From contig NMRA01000236.1 in NCBI GenBank assembly GCA_002633005.1, positions 91,907-155,906 on the forward strand: a stretch of DNA of 64,000 nucleotides, given 5' to 3'. Positions within the stretch are counted from its first letter, which is position 1. Each line of letters starts with the position of its first letter. Below, piece by piece: positions 41,150 to 53,711 of the stretch. The position numbers and the translations under genes are program-made. Origin of the DNA: Phoronis australis. Taxonomy: Eukaryota; Animalia; Phoronida. The notes beneath the pieces were generated by a model. It ran no database searches. It saw nothing but the letters and a program-made list of their open reading frames with translations, and had not been told where the DNA came from.

Positions 41150-41520
41150 CACTTACCGACAGACAAACCTGGAAGTTCGCTACAAACGTAAGTTCCAGTG
41201 ATAGAAATACACACGTTGTTCTTTACCGGCGAATGTGGCGCCAGCTGATTGGCCCAACATCAGGAAGTACACGTAATTTCAAAATACGTTAAATTCGATA
41301 AATGTCTCGTGAAGAATTTCATCGAATAAAGGTATATTCTCAGAATATAAATTCACGCTCAATTATGGTCCTATTTTATTTAACTTTTTACTATTATGTT
41401 TAACTAAAATGACTAGAATTATTAAAATCGAATTTATTTTTTTACAGTGTGTTACCAAACAAAACTTCCGGTAAGAAGTGGATGTTTTGTTTCGTGCTTC
41501 GTTTTGGGAAAGTACTTCTC
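41150..41520 (+). promoter_or_regulatory. Probable promoter/non-coding first exon of the J-domain gene
   Basis: CpG-richer patch with ctgattggc (reverse CCAAT box), ETS-like ggaagt/acttccgg motifs and a good donor ccg|gtaaga at ~41470; the coding exon has an acceptor cag 1 nt before its ATG. Confidence 0.45.
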
Positions 41521-41806
41521 CAACAACTACATGGATGCGTCTCGACAATCTTGTTAAATTTTGTTCATTTGATTAAGAAACAATTTTCTCCCTACTTACG
41601 GCATTGATAGTCGTATAGATATGGCGTGAAAAAGTTTGGGACATACAGCATTCGTGATTTTGGTTGATTAGCCTTTGCACTCGGATAAATTCTATAATAC
41701 AACTCTGTTTTATTGTAGTTTGAACTCTTGAGCATGCTACCTTGCAATTGGGGAGAGCCGAACATCACATGATGTATGAGTCTTGACTCACCATGTAATT
41801 CACAGA

Positions 41807-44800
41807 ATGCCTGCTTTGGATTTATCCAAAGATTACTATAAAATCTTGGGAGTATCGCCAGATGTCGATGACTCAGCTCTCAGGAAGGCCTATTACGCTC
41901 TTGCTAAAAAGTTTCATCCTGACAAAAACAAGGCTGCAGAGGCCGAGGACGCCTTTAAAGAAATTCAGGCAGCATATAATTTTCTACTATCCAAGGACAA
42001 CCGAGCTGCTTTTGACAGGGAAAGAGAACAGAAAAGACAGGATAAGGACAATATTGGCAAAAATGCCAGTTCAACTTCAAAACCAACAACAACCCCTAAG
42101 AGTGGTAAAGATGGCACAAGTTCATGTGATACAGAATCAAGATCAAACCCGAACTGGGACAAAAAAGAAGAAGAAAGCACAAAAACAAAATCTCGACACT
42201 TTAGGTTCAATTCTGCTCATGATTATCACAAGTCGACTTTTGATTTCCGTTCTTCACCAGGAAAGGGAAATGGTGGAAATAAAAGCAAACCTGATTCTAA
42301 AGATAAAGTCAATAAGGAATCTAAATTCAAAACGAAGACCAGCAGTTTTGAACCAAACACGGGATATTCAAGATATACCTTTAGTGCAAAGAACAGAAAG
42401 ATATTTGAGGATGTTTGCGAGGATATTTTAAGGGGAAAAAGTAGTTGTAGTGAGGCCCATGATATTTTCACATCATTGCGTAGTGGATCACGTGCTGGGC
42501 TGCCATCTTGGGAATTGGAAGACAGTGATGATGATGGAATAGACCTCAGGTTTAGTCCACCACGCAAACCAAGTGCAAAAACTGCTCAGCAGCGTAGAAA
42601 ATCTCAGGTACTTCAGCACCTTTGATTGAGGAGTGGGATAGCGGACTCACTCCCCTAGAGCTCAAAATCATGAGAAATTCCCTTCCTCGAGCCCAAAAAT
42701 TCCCTTTCAATTATAAAATATTCTACACAACGTTAGACTAAGTTTGAACCCAGAGAGACATTTGGTATCAAATGGTTTGATTTAGTGGAGAAGTTCCCAC
42801 TTCACTGCCATTTGGTACAGTGAAGTGGGATGATCTCTTTGTTAGAAAAAAAATTTACTAGGAAGCCACATGCACCTTTTCCCTTCCCAAGGAGAGATTG
42901 GTGTTGACCGGGGTGTGGGGTGAGGTGCATGGTATGGGTGATGACCAGGGGGATTTTATTTGATTTAGTCTTCATGTTTCTTGGTCTTGAAAAACATCCA
43001 CTTCCATAAAGTGATTGGCAATTCTGAGCCACTTTCCACCCCTTGTAGCTTATAATTTTCTCCACAAATCACCTATTTTCAATACAATTTTGTTTTCTTT
43101 GGTTGTTATATTTCTACGTGACAATCCTTTTTTCTGAATTTTTATCATTCTGCAGAAATGTCAATTTTTATGCGTTCCCACTTGTACATCATTTAATAAA
43201 GTTTCATAATATTTGATTAATGACTCAAAATTACATCAGTTCCAATTAAATCTGTAGTTAGCCTTAAAATATCAGCCTTGATGCAAAGCTGTATACTAAA
43301 CATTTTGACATTAGACTTCATACAGCTAGCCAGATAATAACACATCACTGGTCATAATATTACAAACAATTCTTTAGACAAATCTTTGAAAATGTTATCT
43401 GTGTTGAACATTTGTAGGTTTATGGTGAACAGAGTGGTAAGGATGTACTGAATGACCCCGAGTTAGATCACGACTTATTTGATTGGACTAGACAAGGCCA
43501 ACGGAATTGCAACAGTTTCGACTATGACAGTGATGGTAATCTACAAGTCTTGAGCAATATTTGATGTAGACAATCCGTCTCATGTTTTGTTAAGATGCAA
43601 ACTTTGGACTTTGCTATGTACAAAAGATTAGAATCTAATCTTTCCATAAGAAACAATTTCCATCTCCAAAAAAGGTCATGGAATAAATAAGTAAATCCAA
43701 TGGAGATGAACTGACAATAAACCCACGTTTCGTCATAGAATCTAGAAGTTCCGAGTGTTTGGAGCGGACAGTCTTATATGCATACATTAAGATGTTGGCC
43801 TTTGAAATCGGCTGATCACAATATACAGGCTGTTGCTTAGGGCATTGATACCAACATTTCCTGTTTGTACATGCATGACAAAGCTTCACTAACTGAAGAG
43901 CGTGAGACTGAAATTAGATTGCTTGACCTGATGAGGAGGTTATGAGCCTTGTAACCTTTCTTAGAGCCTGTCCATATTGTGTCGCCTACTAAACTGTTGA
44001 TGATTTTATTTCCAGACTCTAATTACGATGGCAGTGGCGGCAAGTTTCCTTGTAGGTTTTGCGCAAGACACTTCGCACTCCTTGACTTGGTAAGCGCTAT
44101 ATGATGACATTGCTGATACATTTAGTTTTCTCTTATTTAAGTCCCTAAAATAAATACAGCCATCTTCTGTTAAAAGTACCATCTCAAAACTTTGGATCTT
44201 TTATTGCTATGAACTGATCTCGGCTTTTCCTTACTCAGAAGGGGCTAAAAGAGGACTGCCAAGCTTTTTTGTCTGTATAAAGAACATGTCAAAACCAATT
44301 TTATACAGCAGGTAAGCATTGCAATTAAAATGTCAATATTTTTGTGAGGGAAGTTGCATGGAATCGCGGTATATAAGCTGTATATTTTTGTATTGCATCA
44401 TTAGGAATAGTTGTGGTCATTATTGAACAACAGAATTGTGGCTGACATTGAGACCCATTCTTCATGAATTTTTGATATTCTAATTTTTTCCGTTTTGTCT
44501 TTTTGTCATTGTTTCACATGGACGTGTATTTTTTCTTAATATTTTACACATACGCGCATATTTCACAACCCAGTACACATAATGACTCATTCAAATTACC
44601 AGTGAATCTTTGCCATTCTGTTGCTCATTTCTTGAATAAAATGTATGTTGTACACCGTTGTTTTAAGAACCACCATGAATTGAACTGCGAAGGACCGTTG
44701 AAGTTTGATTGGAGGACTAAGCAAGATACGTTCAGGCGGTTGGTGCGTGAAGATAAGTTGAAACACAAACGTAATAAGTCTGCTCCTGACAATCCTCAAT

Positions 44801-47800
44801 ATGGTCAGTATTTTGTATGCTTTGTCTATTGCACTGATTTGATTCATCTTTTAAAATAATAGACGAGATTGGTCTAGCACAACCTAAACACCACGTGCAT
44901 GTTTAGGACAGGGAAATCTTTTTTACTTTGGAAGCTGATGAGTTTTATACGAATGTGGACCAATCCTAAGGGTGGTATGGTGGAGGTATGGGTCTATGTT
45001 TTTGTTATGAAATGACTACTTGTACTTCTGTCCTCTGATTTTTTGTCTCTTACTCGATTAGAATATTCTGCTTTTGTGAACTGACATCCTCTGCTTGCTT
45101 TTTATCGTTTTTTGGTTTATACAGTGTTTAATAGGTCAGTTCAAGAATAGCAACATCTGACGTCTAGCGTCATGAATGGAAAGTGATATTCCGCAGCCAG
45201 ATTGGTCAATATTATGGTATAACGGAAGTTGTCATGACGTGTTTTAGCCAATGGGAGGTCAGAAGTATCAATTATCATCTAGTAATAAGTAATGAATGAT
45301 CCATTAACCTTCAAAGTCCATGTTCCTAAGTGTATACAGCCATCTAAGGAGGAGTCTCATTGTACTGTATTCAAAAGAAAGTTGATGTAATCTATCCTTG
45401 TCCAAATTTTTTAAATGTTTGTGATAGACCTATAGACCTTATTCAAGCAGTCTCCACTTTAAAAAAGAGCCTCTTTAGGTTAAAAAAGTAATGCATTTGA
45501 GACATAAATATACCGAGACACGCAAAAAATCACTGTGATCAAGGACGAGATGCATTATAATTTTTTAAAACCTAAACGGAGGCTCTTTGTAACATGGCGA
45601 CTAGGTAAATAAGGTGTATTGTGGAGAACCTCTTATGTTTGCATTGCTGACAAGCAGGTATATACTTGATGTTAAAGTTGCTAAGTTTCTTGTACTTGCT
45701 CACGTGTAGCTAAGGCAATAGTCACGTTCAGGGATCCTGGATTTTGTGAACCAGTTTGATGCCCTTTTTCAGTAGAGAAAGCTGGTTCTCAAAATACAGG
45801 GCCCCCGTATGTGACTATTACCATAGCTGATGATTTCACTTGTTGTAGGTCTGGTTCAGTGTCAGTTCTGTGGTCTACGGGTCAACAAAGCTGATGCCAG
45901 CGTGCACATTCCCCAATGTAAACGGGTTCATGGACATTTCAACACATTCCGGCCTCCTCCAAAGACCAGTCGGGACCATGTTCAAGCTACTTACAGTTGG
46001 TCAAAAGGGAGTTGTAGTCCTGAGGTAGGAGTGGGCTAGTGGGAGGGGGTTATAAAGTGGAGTGGGCTAGTGGGGGGTATAAAGTGGAATGAATGAGAAC
46101 TGTTATTCATGCAGCTGCAGTACTAACATGGAATTTCATTGATTTTTGTGGCTGACCATGAACTGACAAGACAAACAAGCAGTCACTAGTTTGCTATTCG
46201 CCGACGTTGTATTTTGATTATTTACAAGTCTTGTTGTTTTGTTTTGACTCAAGTAATTCTTCACTTATTTGACTCGGGTATAATTATGAAAATTGTAATT
46301 TTTGTTGAAGGATGATTACCTTGCAGCAAATAGTGAATACTGTGCTGAATGTTGTACACAGTGTTCAAGCTTCAGCAAATAAATGTGCTTGTGGCCGGGC
46401 CAGTTACCTGAATAGGGCCTATATGTGAAAGTTTACTGGCCCGGCCGCAAATCCACTGGCCCCAGTCCACCGGGCTAGCATGTATTTCGAACACTGGTTA
46501 TATATTATTGACATTGTATAAATGACAAACTACAATTTTGCCAGTCTTTACTTTTTTGAAAACTTTTATAAAATAAATTTCCACTTGACAGCTATATTGT
46601 GTTTTGTACGAGTGTTACAGACCAACGAGGTGAATAATAGAATTTGTCGATTTAAAGCGTCATTTTGAGCCGACATGAAAAATAAGACATCTAAGTGACA
46701 ATGATTTTAATGAAGGCCTGAGTAATTTTGTTGATGTACTGTTTCTTACTCAAATAGAGGAAAGTGTTGGGAAAGAAATTAAGAATTATCTGGAAGAAAT
46801 GGAGTTGGTCAATCATGTGTTTTGCCCACTTTTTCACGCTTTGTGAGAATCGTCTCAAACTAATAATAATGATGTTGGTGTAAAAATAATTTTAATTATT
46901 AAATTATATTAAAATATATTAAAATATATTAAAATATAATTATATAATGATAAGACTAATTTAATAATACTAATAATAACTATCAGTGATCATGTTGGAC
47001 ACTTTCAGTATGGTACTTGAGTCTAAGTAGTTCATGTTTAATCGTATCATTACGTATATCTCTCGTCAATTCCTGACAGTGAGATCTCAATCTAGTCCAT
47101 TGTTGAAGTTTCCCGTATTTTTTTATCTGGTGTCACGACTCACATGTCAATTATGTGTCATGCTTCAAAGGGTTGGAAAGGCGTAGGAATATACTATTTT
47201 GAATGCATCCCTATTGAAAATACGATAGGTTAACGAACTGAATCCAGTTATATTGTTTTCAACTAGTAGCTACTAGATACCCAGAGACACAAACTCATTA
47301 TTTAGCAAAAACACTTGCACAATGTGTAACAAAGTGAAACCGATAAATCAAGATGGACATGAGAATTCCCTATAGCCGTCTATTAACTGCCCAATTGCAT
47401 TAGCCACACTTGTTGATTTGCCAACTTTACAAGGGACATTTTGATGATGAGAGTTTACAAATAAGTATTTTGTTTCGAAGATTTTAGTTGTAATTAATTC
47501 CTGTTTTAAAGCTAAAGTAGAGTGTGGTGTCCTTTTAATGAAATAGTGAGCTGCTCATTATTGTCTGTTGCAGGAGGAAGAGCTACTGTCACAGTCAGCT
47601 GATGAAACCTTATTTAGGTTCATGGGTTCGTCAGCTGGTAGGCGAAGGTTTAGCTCGCAGACTTATGCTGGTAAGGTCACTCTTGCCTGCCATAGAACAA
47701 TATGTGATGGTTGTCACATTTAGACTAATGTGTTTATGCTGGGCACATGGGACCATGGGTAAGAAAGCACACACTAAATTTGGCGAAATGATACAACTGT

Positions 47801-50755
47801 TTATTACAAACTAATGATGTCAGCTACTGGAAATTACAATTATAAACAAGCGACGAATACACAGTACGTTACCTCTAAGATTACACAAGGACTAGTCAAT
47901 GACATACATGACGCACGACGGGACTTACACCCAACTTTTGGCCAAATATGTACAGCAAATGTACCAATATATGGGAACTACAGCACACACGTGTGACTTT
48001 CACGCAACTTGTGGCCAAATATGTACAGCAAATGTAGCAATATATGGGAACTACAGCACACACGTGTGACTTTCACGCATATGAACGACAACTATCTTTC
48101 TTATACAGATAAGGACCCTTACAAGTTGTGCTCGACACACCTACACGTCCAACTGCCATGGAAGGACTGACTTGAGTGACTAATTTCTATGCAACACTAT
48201 AGGTGTCACAGGCGTCACAGTCGTTGAATTCATTAACGTACAGTAACTCGCCCAATTGGTGTAGAAATATCTGATAATGCTTTTTCCGTGATGATATTTG
48301 TGTTGTGTCAAAAATAGCGTTATTTTGTAAAAACATGGAAGGTTGTGATTATTTCAATAAAAGTAGTGTATTAAAATTTCATGTTGAAATATCAAAACTC
48401 AATTATTCAGATGGTAAATTGTGCAGTTTGGGAGATCCAAATAAGAATGTCCTATAAATGCTGGTCATATAATGTATCCAAATTGTTTTACAAAATTAAG
48501 TTGATAATTTTTATCCCTGAGTGGCATCTTATTAGGTGACAGAGCTAACCACTATGAAATGACTAGCTAACCGCTACGAAATGAATGGCTATGACAAGCC
48601 TAGCATCAAGTCTGCTTTCAAATTATAATGACCTGTCATTTCTCAACCATCCCAGAAATCACATCTAATCTAAGTAAGGAACAAGATGCGACCAGCTTTA
48701 TAAGTGACCTAACTACTTCACCAGTGGCGTGCTTATTACAGCTTCAAATACGAAAATTGTCACTTTTTCAATTGTTTGCCTTAGTTTTGTGTCATTTTTA
48801 GTATGTTTGTTTTCCAGATAAGAATCCTCGTGTACCTAGTAATGGGGCCTTCTCACCCACTCCAAGTCCAAGAAGATCTTCCACACCAAATTTCAAAAAG
48901 TCACCTAAAATAGAGTAAGATCCTTTACAAAGTTCCTTTCATGGTTATGCAGCTGAAGACTGCTTGCTAGTCATGTGTGTTAAACTTGCAGTCAGATACT
49001 TAAAGGGCCATGCCACAGGAGAACTCATGAAAAATACCTTTTGAACAATTCAAGACAAAAGTACTTGTCTCTTAAAGTGAGTTTGTTGTTATGCAGCACT
49101 TGGTGCTCTGAAAAGCAAAATTCATTTGAGCTACTTTGCATTTCCCAATTGGCAATTGTGAATACTGTTTGCCATTTGGAATTACAATAATTATAGGCAC
49201 TTGCCACAGAGCCTGGACGTTTGTTTGGGGATGAGTGAACAGAGATTGGTGTCTGATAGTGGCTTGTTTCTGGTAACGTATTCTTTCCGCCCATTTTAGA
49301 CACTCCAGACTATAAAAACTAAATGTGTCATTGAAAAATGAACTCTTGCATTGTTTGAATGACAAAAATTGGTTTACTACAACTGAAGAAAAGAGAAATA
49401 TGCTCATTGCAACTGGTCTTCCTATGGATGTGGCCCTTTTGTAGCCTGCTAAATCAAATTCCCTTAGGATATTTAGGAAACCGTAAACTGTTTTACCCAG
49501 TTATACCTCGCATCTTTTACCTTTCTCTAACGGTGAATTAAATTGTCTGCCATCTTGTACTCTCTGATTTTGACCTTGTGACATCATATTATAAGTAGTA
49601 GTGACCCGGAGGCCAACCAGTGAGCCAAATGAATGCTTTAGTTCACGAATTTATCACTAGATAAAAAATGTAAATGGCGGAGTGACAAGTAATTAGTGAA
49701 ACGACGAATCTTTGAGTGAATAAGTTCTTTTGAAGGGCTAGATTTCCAAGGAGTTATATTCGCTTTATTATTTTACTGATAAATGTTCTCATTTGTAATT
49801 TCAACGTGTGCAGATTAATATTTGACGTGCAATATGAGTGTAATGCATATGACACTAAATTTTACACTTTCAATGTATGGAGATTTAACCCTGTTTAAGG
49901 GTTAGTTTAATGACTATATAGTCATGTGATCTCTTTTTTCTATATTCATAAAGACTGTTCTTGACATGCATGCCCGCAGACCTTTGCATTGTCAGAGTGG
50001 CAACGTTTCCAGTGTTTATTACTGTCCATATTTTGCTGCATGTCTAACTACCATCAGTCAACTCCTATGGCAACATTTGAAGTTTTGTTACCCAATGCAT
50101 TAGCGAGCTTAAACCAGACTATTACTAACCCATCCTATTTGATTCACAAAGTGACGTGTGGCTTAGCCACTAATGCATCGATTTTAAAAATTTGAAGATG
50201 GCTAGTATTTGCTTTTCAGTTTTAAAAACAATGATGTTGGACGTATGTTTTACTTATTGTTTGTTTTTTGACTTTGAAACTAGTACGCTAAACTGGCGGA
50301 TTTTTTTATGACTGTAATTATCTCCATCAATAAATATTCGGCCAAACCCATGAACAGCGACTAGCTCACTTCAATCTGTGATGGCACCATCAAGCTGAGG
50401 AATTCGCTGTATACTCTGGAGTGAACAGTGCACGCTTTCTCATTCACTTGCATGCAAATCCTGTTAGTGTAAGATTTACCTAGTGACGTCATAGCCTTTG
50501 CTTGGCTGTGCTTTCTGATGGGAATTTCTTTCAACAAGATTAATGAGGCCAGTATTCAGCCCCATAATCCCGTCAAAGGGCCCTGTACATTTTTGCAAGT
50601 AAATTAAAAAATAAGTTCATAGTGATTTGACTAATTACCTGACTCTTTAATCTTTCAGTTTGTCTTTTAAAGTGAATACCTCCAAAAAGCCTAATCCCAA
50701 GCAAAGTTCATCTCGCAAGTCTCCTCCTGGAGGCAGTGCCAAGTTTAGTGAGTAG
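41807..50755 (+). CDS. DnaJ (J-domain) protein with two C2HC (ZC2HC1-type) zinc fingers, ~531 aa. Exons 41807-42607, 43418-43535, 44016-44089, 44668-44803, 45849-46024, 47574-47670, 48818-48914, 50659-50755
   Basis: KDYYKILGV..LRKAYYALAKKFHPDKNK..AEDAFKEIQAAYNFL J-domain; phase-consistent splicing gives CRFC-x11-HELNC and CQFC-x11-HIPQC and an S/P/K-rich tail ending FSE-stop. Confidence 0.85.
45431..45620. mobile_element. MITE-like element with short terminal inverted repeats
   Basis: atagaccttatt ... aataaggtgtat termini, plus inner agagcctctttaggtt / aacctaaacggaggctct symmetry. Confidence 0.55.
45717..45820. mobile_element. Short palindromic MITE-like element, copy 3
   Basis: aatagtcac..caggga..attttgtgaaccagttt / aagctggttctcaaaat..ccccgtatgtgactatt; central ttcagtagagaaa shared with copy 2. 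Confidence 0.7.
46359..46496. mobile_element. hAT-like MITE
   Basis: TIRs cagtgttc / gaacactg, flanked by gttgtaca and gttatata (imperfect 8-bp target duplication); internal gggccagt/actggccc repeats. Confidence 0.65.
47941..48078. repeat. Two-copy ~72-bp tandem duplication
   Basis: gccaaatatgtacagcaaatgta..cacgtgtgactttcacgca occurs twice. Confidence 0.9.
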
Positions 50756-53174
50756 CATTGGGCGTTAACTCTCAAGGTCTTTGTGTTGTGCCATGATAGG
50801 GAATTCATGGTCAAATTAATAGTAGATGAACTGATCTGTAACTCCTGTTAAACAGACTTGTGGAAATGACATCTTTATCATCAAGTTTACATAACTGTTA
50901 AATGTTTTCTCTGGAGTTTTCATACACAAGTATGTCACGTATTTTATTGTTTTTGTAATTGGAAATACTTCTAAGAATTCCAATGCCTTAAATGCAGATT
51001 TTGGTTTTGTTATCTTTTAATGTTTTACATAATTTTACTTATTTAAATGTATTTTATGATTAAAATAAATAATTGTTACATAAACAATGGTTATTTTCAT
51101 TCTTGCCATTACTCATCTTTTTGTCAAGTGGAAATTGTGTTCAATAAACTCTGGTGCTGATATAAATTGTGTTTTGTCTCTATGGCCCTATTAACCAGTA
51201 ATAACTCCAGTAACAGTCAGACACATACATGGGTCAACTTTCAAGTTAAAAAATCCATTCTCTGTGATGCTAATGTTTCAATTACCCTGGAACAATATAC
51301 AATTTTCTGTCCTCACCATGAATAAAGCCAATCATTTAAACGCCAGTTGGGCATTGTATATGAAATGACATTCTTCAACATTCATTTCATTCTGTGCTGA
51401 ATGTTGAGTAATCTTAAAAAATTGACAAAACAAATGTGCAATGCAGTAGCTATAAACGCCATCACTTTTATTTCAGTTAGGTTTAGAAGGTTTAGAACTT
51501 TTTACAGCAGCTACATGTCCCGTCGAGGAAATCTTTGATTCAACCATTTACGGATATAAAGTGAACATCGCTTTGTTCGTAACAGGGATGAGAAGTTCTG
51601 TCTGGATTTGAAAAACATTGACAGGCGCCATTGCAACTTGATGCCTGTTCGGCGCATAAAATGACCGCCTGTGCATGGACGGCGCAGTACTGAAAAAAGT
51701 GGGGGGCTATATCCCCCCAGCTCCCCTGTGGTGCAGCGCCCGCTGACCATGGGCAGCGTAGCACTGAAAAATGTGGTGAGGCTATAGCCCCCCAGCCCCC
51801 TATGGTGCGCCGCCCATGCTGTGACAAGCCAACGTGTAAAGGCTGTTCATAAACAATATAACAAACCGCTAGCTCTTTCGAAGTCCAGGTAGGACATGTA
51901 ATTTGACAACGGAAAAATTTTGTGACAAATTTCGTAACGGTAAATCGTCTTGTAAATTTTTTTCGACTTGGCCTGTTCTTCGCGAAAACTCATCCGTAGA
52001 CTGATTTTTAGCCATAAGCAAAAACCAATAGGCCCCTGGCAGTGGTAACTTAATGTTAACTTAAAGCGTTTTCCTAGATTATAAAAGAATGTTGTTACAG
52101 GACTTCGTATCATTTTTACTTCGTCTGATCTACCTGTACTTATCATTGTGTACACCCGCTATTTTTCTAGGACTATACCATTGGTAGAAAAGTATTGTAA
52201 ATCTGTGTTCCAAGTATTAGATTACCCATGGAAATACTAAATAACATGTCAACTATTGATAGAAATGTTCTTATGAACGTTTTGCTTTATTTACTTGAGC
52301 AAATGTCTGTTTGTTGAAGCAGCCAGCATGTCGCTCCCTAAGCTGAAAATATTTGCCTATTAGCTGCATAGACTCTTACATTACATCTGGTTAGTGGCAA
52401 AACTGCGTGATACACCAGGCCATATACAATAAAAACGTTGCATTACAGTTTAATGTATTGCATTATCCATTTTACTTTGACACAGTCAGCTTATATTGAC
52501 ATTTGATAAGGCCTGCTTATTTATGTACATTAAAAAGGTTATACACGAGCCTATTCCACAAGTACAGTTAGACAAAGATCTACAAAATATAGAATTGAAG
52601 TCGGTGACAGTACATGTATATGTTTTCTGAAAGTTGAAATTCCGCTGAGTAAGATTTTGGACTTTAATTAGGCCAGTGACATTGCTTTTTAGGAAAATTT
52701 AGCGAAAAAGGAAGGAACATTCATAGCAAAACAACAGGATAAATATCATGCCCAATTCCATATGATATAAATGTTTAGATCCAATTTTAAGTGTCGGAAC
52801 ACGGCGCATTCGTAACGGAACTAGGCTCTCCCGCGACCGGTCTCAGGCGACCGGCAGTGGCGCTGCGCATTACGACTCCGTTACCGTCGTCTGCTCCTCT
52901 GTGCAATGACGAAAATTTACATCATTTTAAAAAAAAAAATGGAACCTGAGTGACGATGAAAAAACAGTAGCTGCTGGTAAGATGTCAATTTTAATCGAAG
53001 CCTTAGTGAATCACTCAGAAACTCATAAGTCTCTCTTTGTCAAACCCCCCTCCCGACCTCCCCCCATTCGGTGCTACATGCGCATCTACGATCGGGGTTT
53101 GCGCAAATGCATACAGCCAGACAAAATGTTGGGGCCCCCCTTGTGATATCCTAGATTCGCCACTGAGTCTAGTT

Positions 53175-53592
53175 AGTAAACAGTACACTTCATTACTTGA
53201 TAAACAATTCCACATAACTCTATCGAAATTTTGATGTTTGAGTCACAAGTTAAAGATCGAACTGGGTAGACATGTTAATTTACCCCAATGACTCTCGTAT
53301 ATGTCAAATGTATGATTGAAATGAAATAGAAGATGATAAACAATTTCTTGTTAAAATGCCCATTTTACTTGGATTTAAGAATTATGTACAGCATTTATCC
53401 CGAAAATCATCCTTCAGATCCCATTATGTTCATTAAGCTCATGACTACAAGTGATGTAAAAAGCGTTAAAAATATCTGTAGATCTCTGTTGTATGCTCAG
53501 AAGAGGTGTGATTCTGATGACTTACAGGTAGAGCCTTGATTGACATTGTATTTGTATATTAACCGGTGGCCTTTGTACTGTTGAATAAAATA
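53175..53592 (+). mobile_element. Degenerate 3' end of a non-LTR retrotransposon (LINE ORF2 C-terminus)
   Basis: Broken frames read LSKF*CLSHKLKIELGRH..RIC..IEDD..FLLKCPFYLDLR, like the Cys/His tail of invertebrate LINE ORF2; ends aataaaataa. Confidence 0.65.
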
Positions 53593-53711
53593 AGTAGTTC
53601 CGTCGGAAAGTAGTAATGAAATCAATTATGGAAACCCCTTGAGTGCATGTAAAACAGCGACATATAACTGTTGTGGAAATTCCTTGAGAAGTAGAAGACA
53701 GCTCGCAATGT

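Noticed and set aside
41862-42567. Overlapping alternative-frame and antisense ORFs
   Set aside because: Shadows of the long J-domain exon with no recognisable motifs.
47574-50755. Three consecutive 97-nt coding segments as exon duplication
   Set aside because: No sequence similarity and different phases; probably coincidence.
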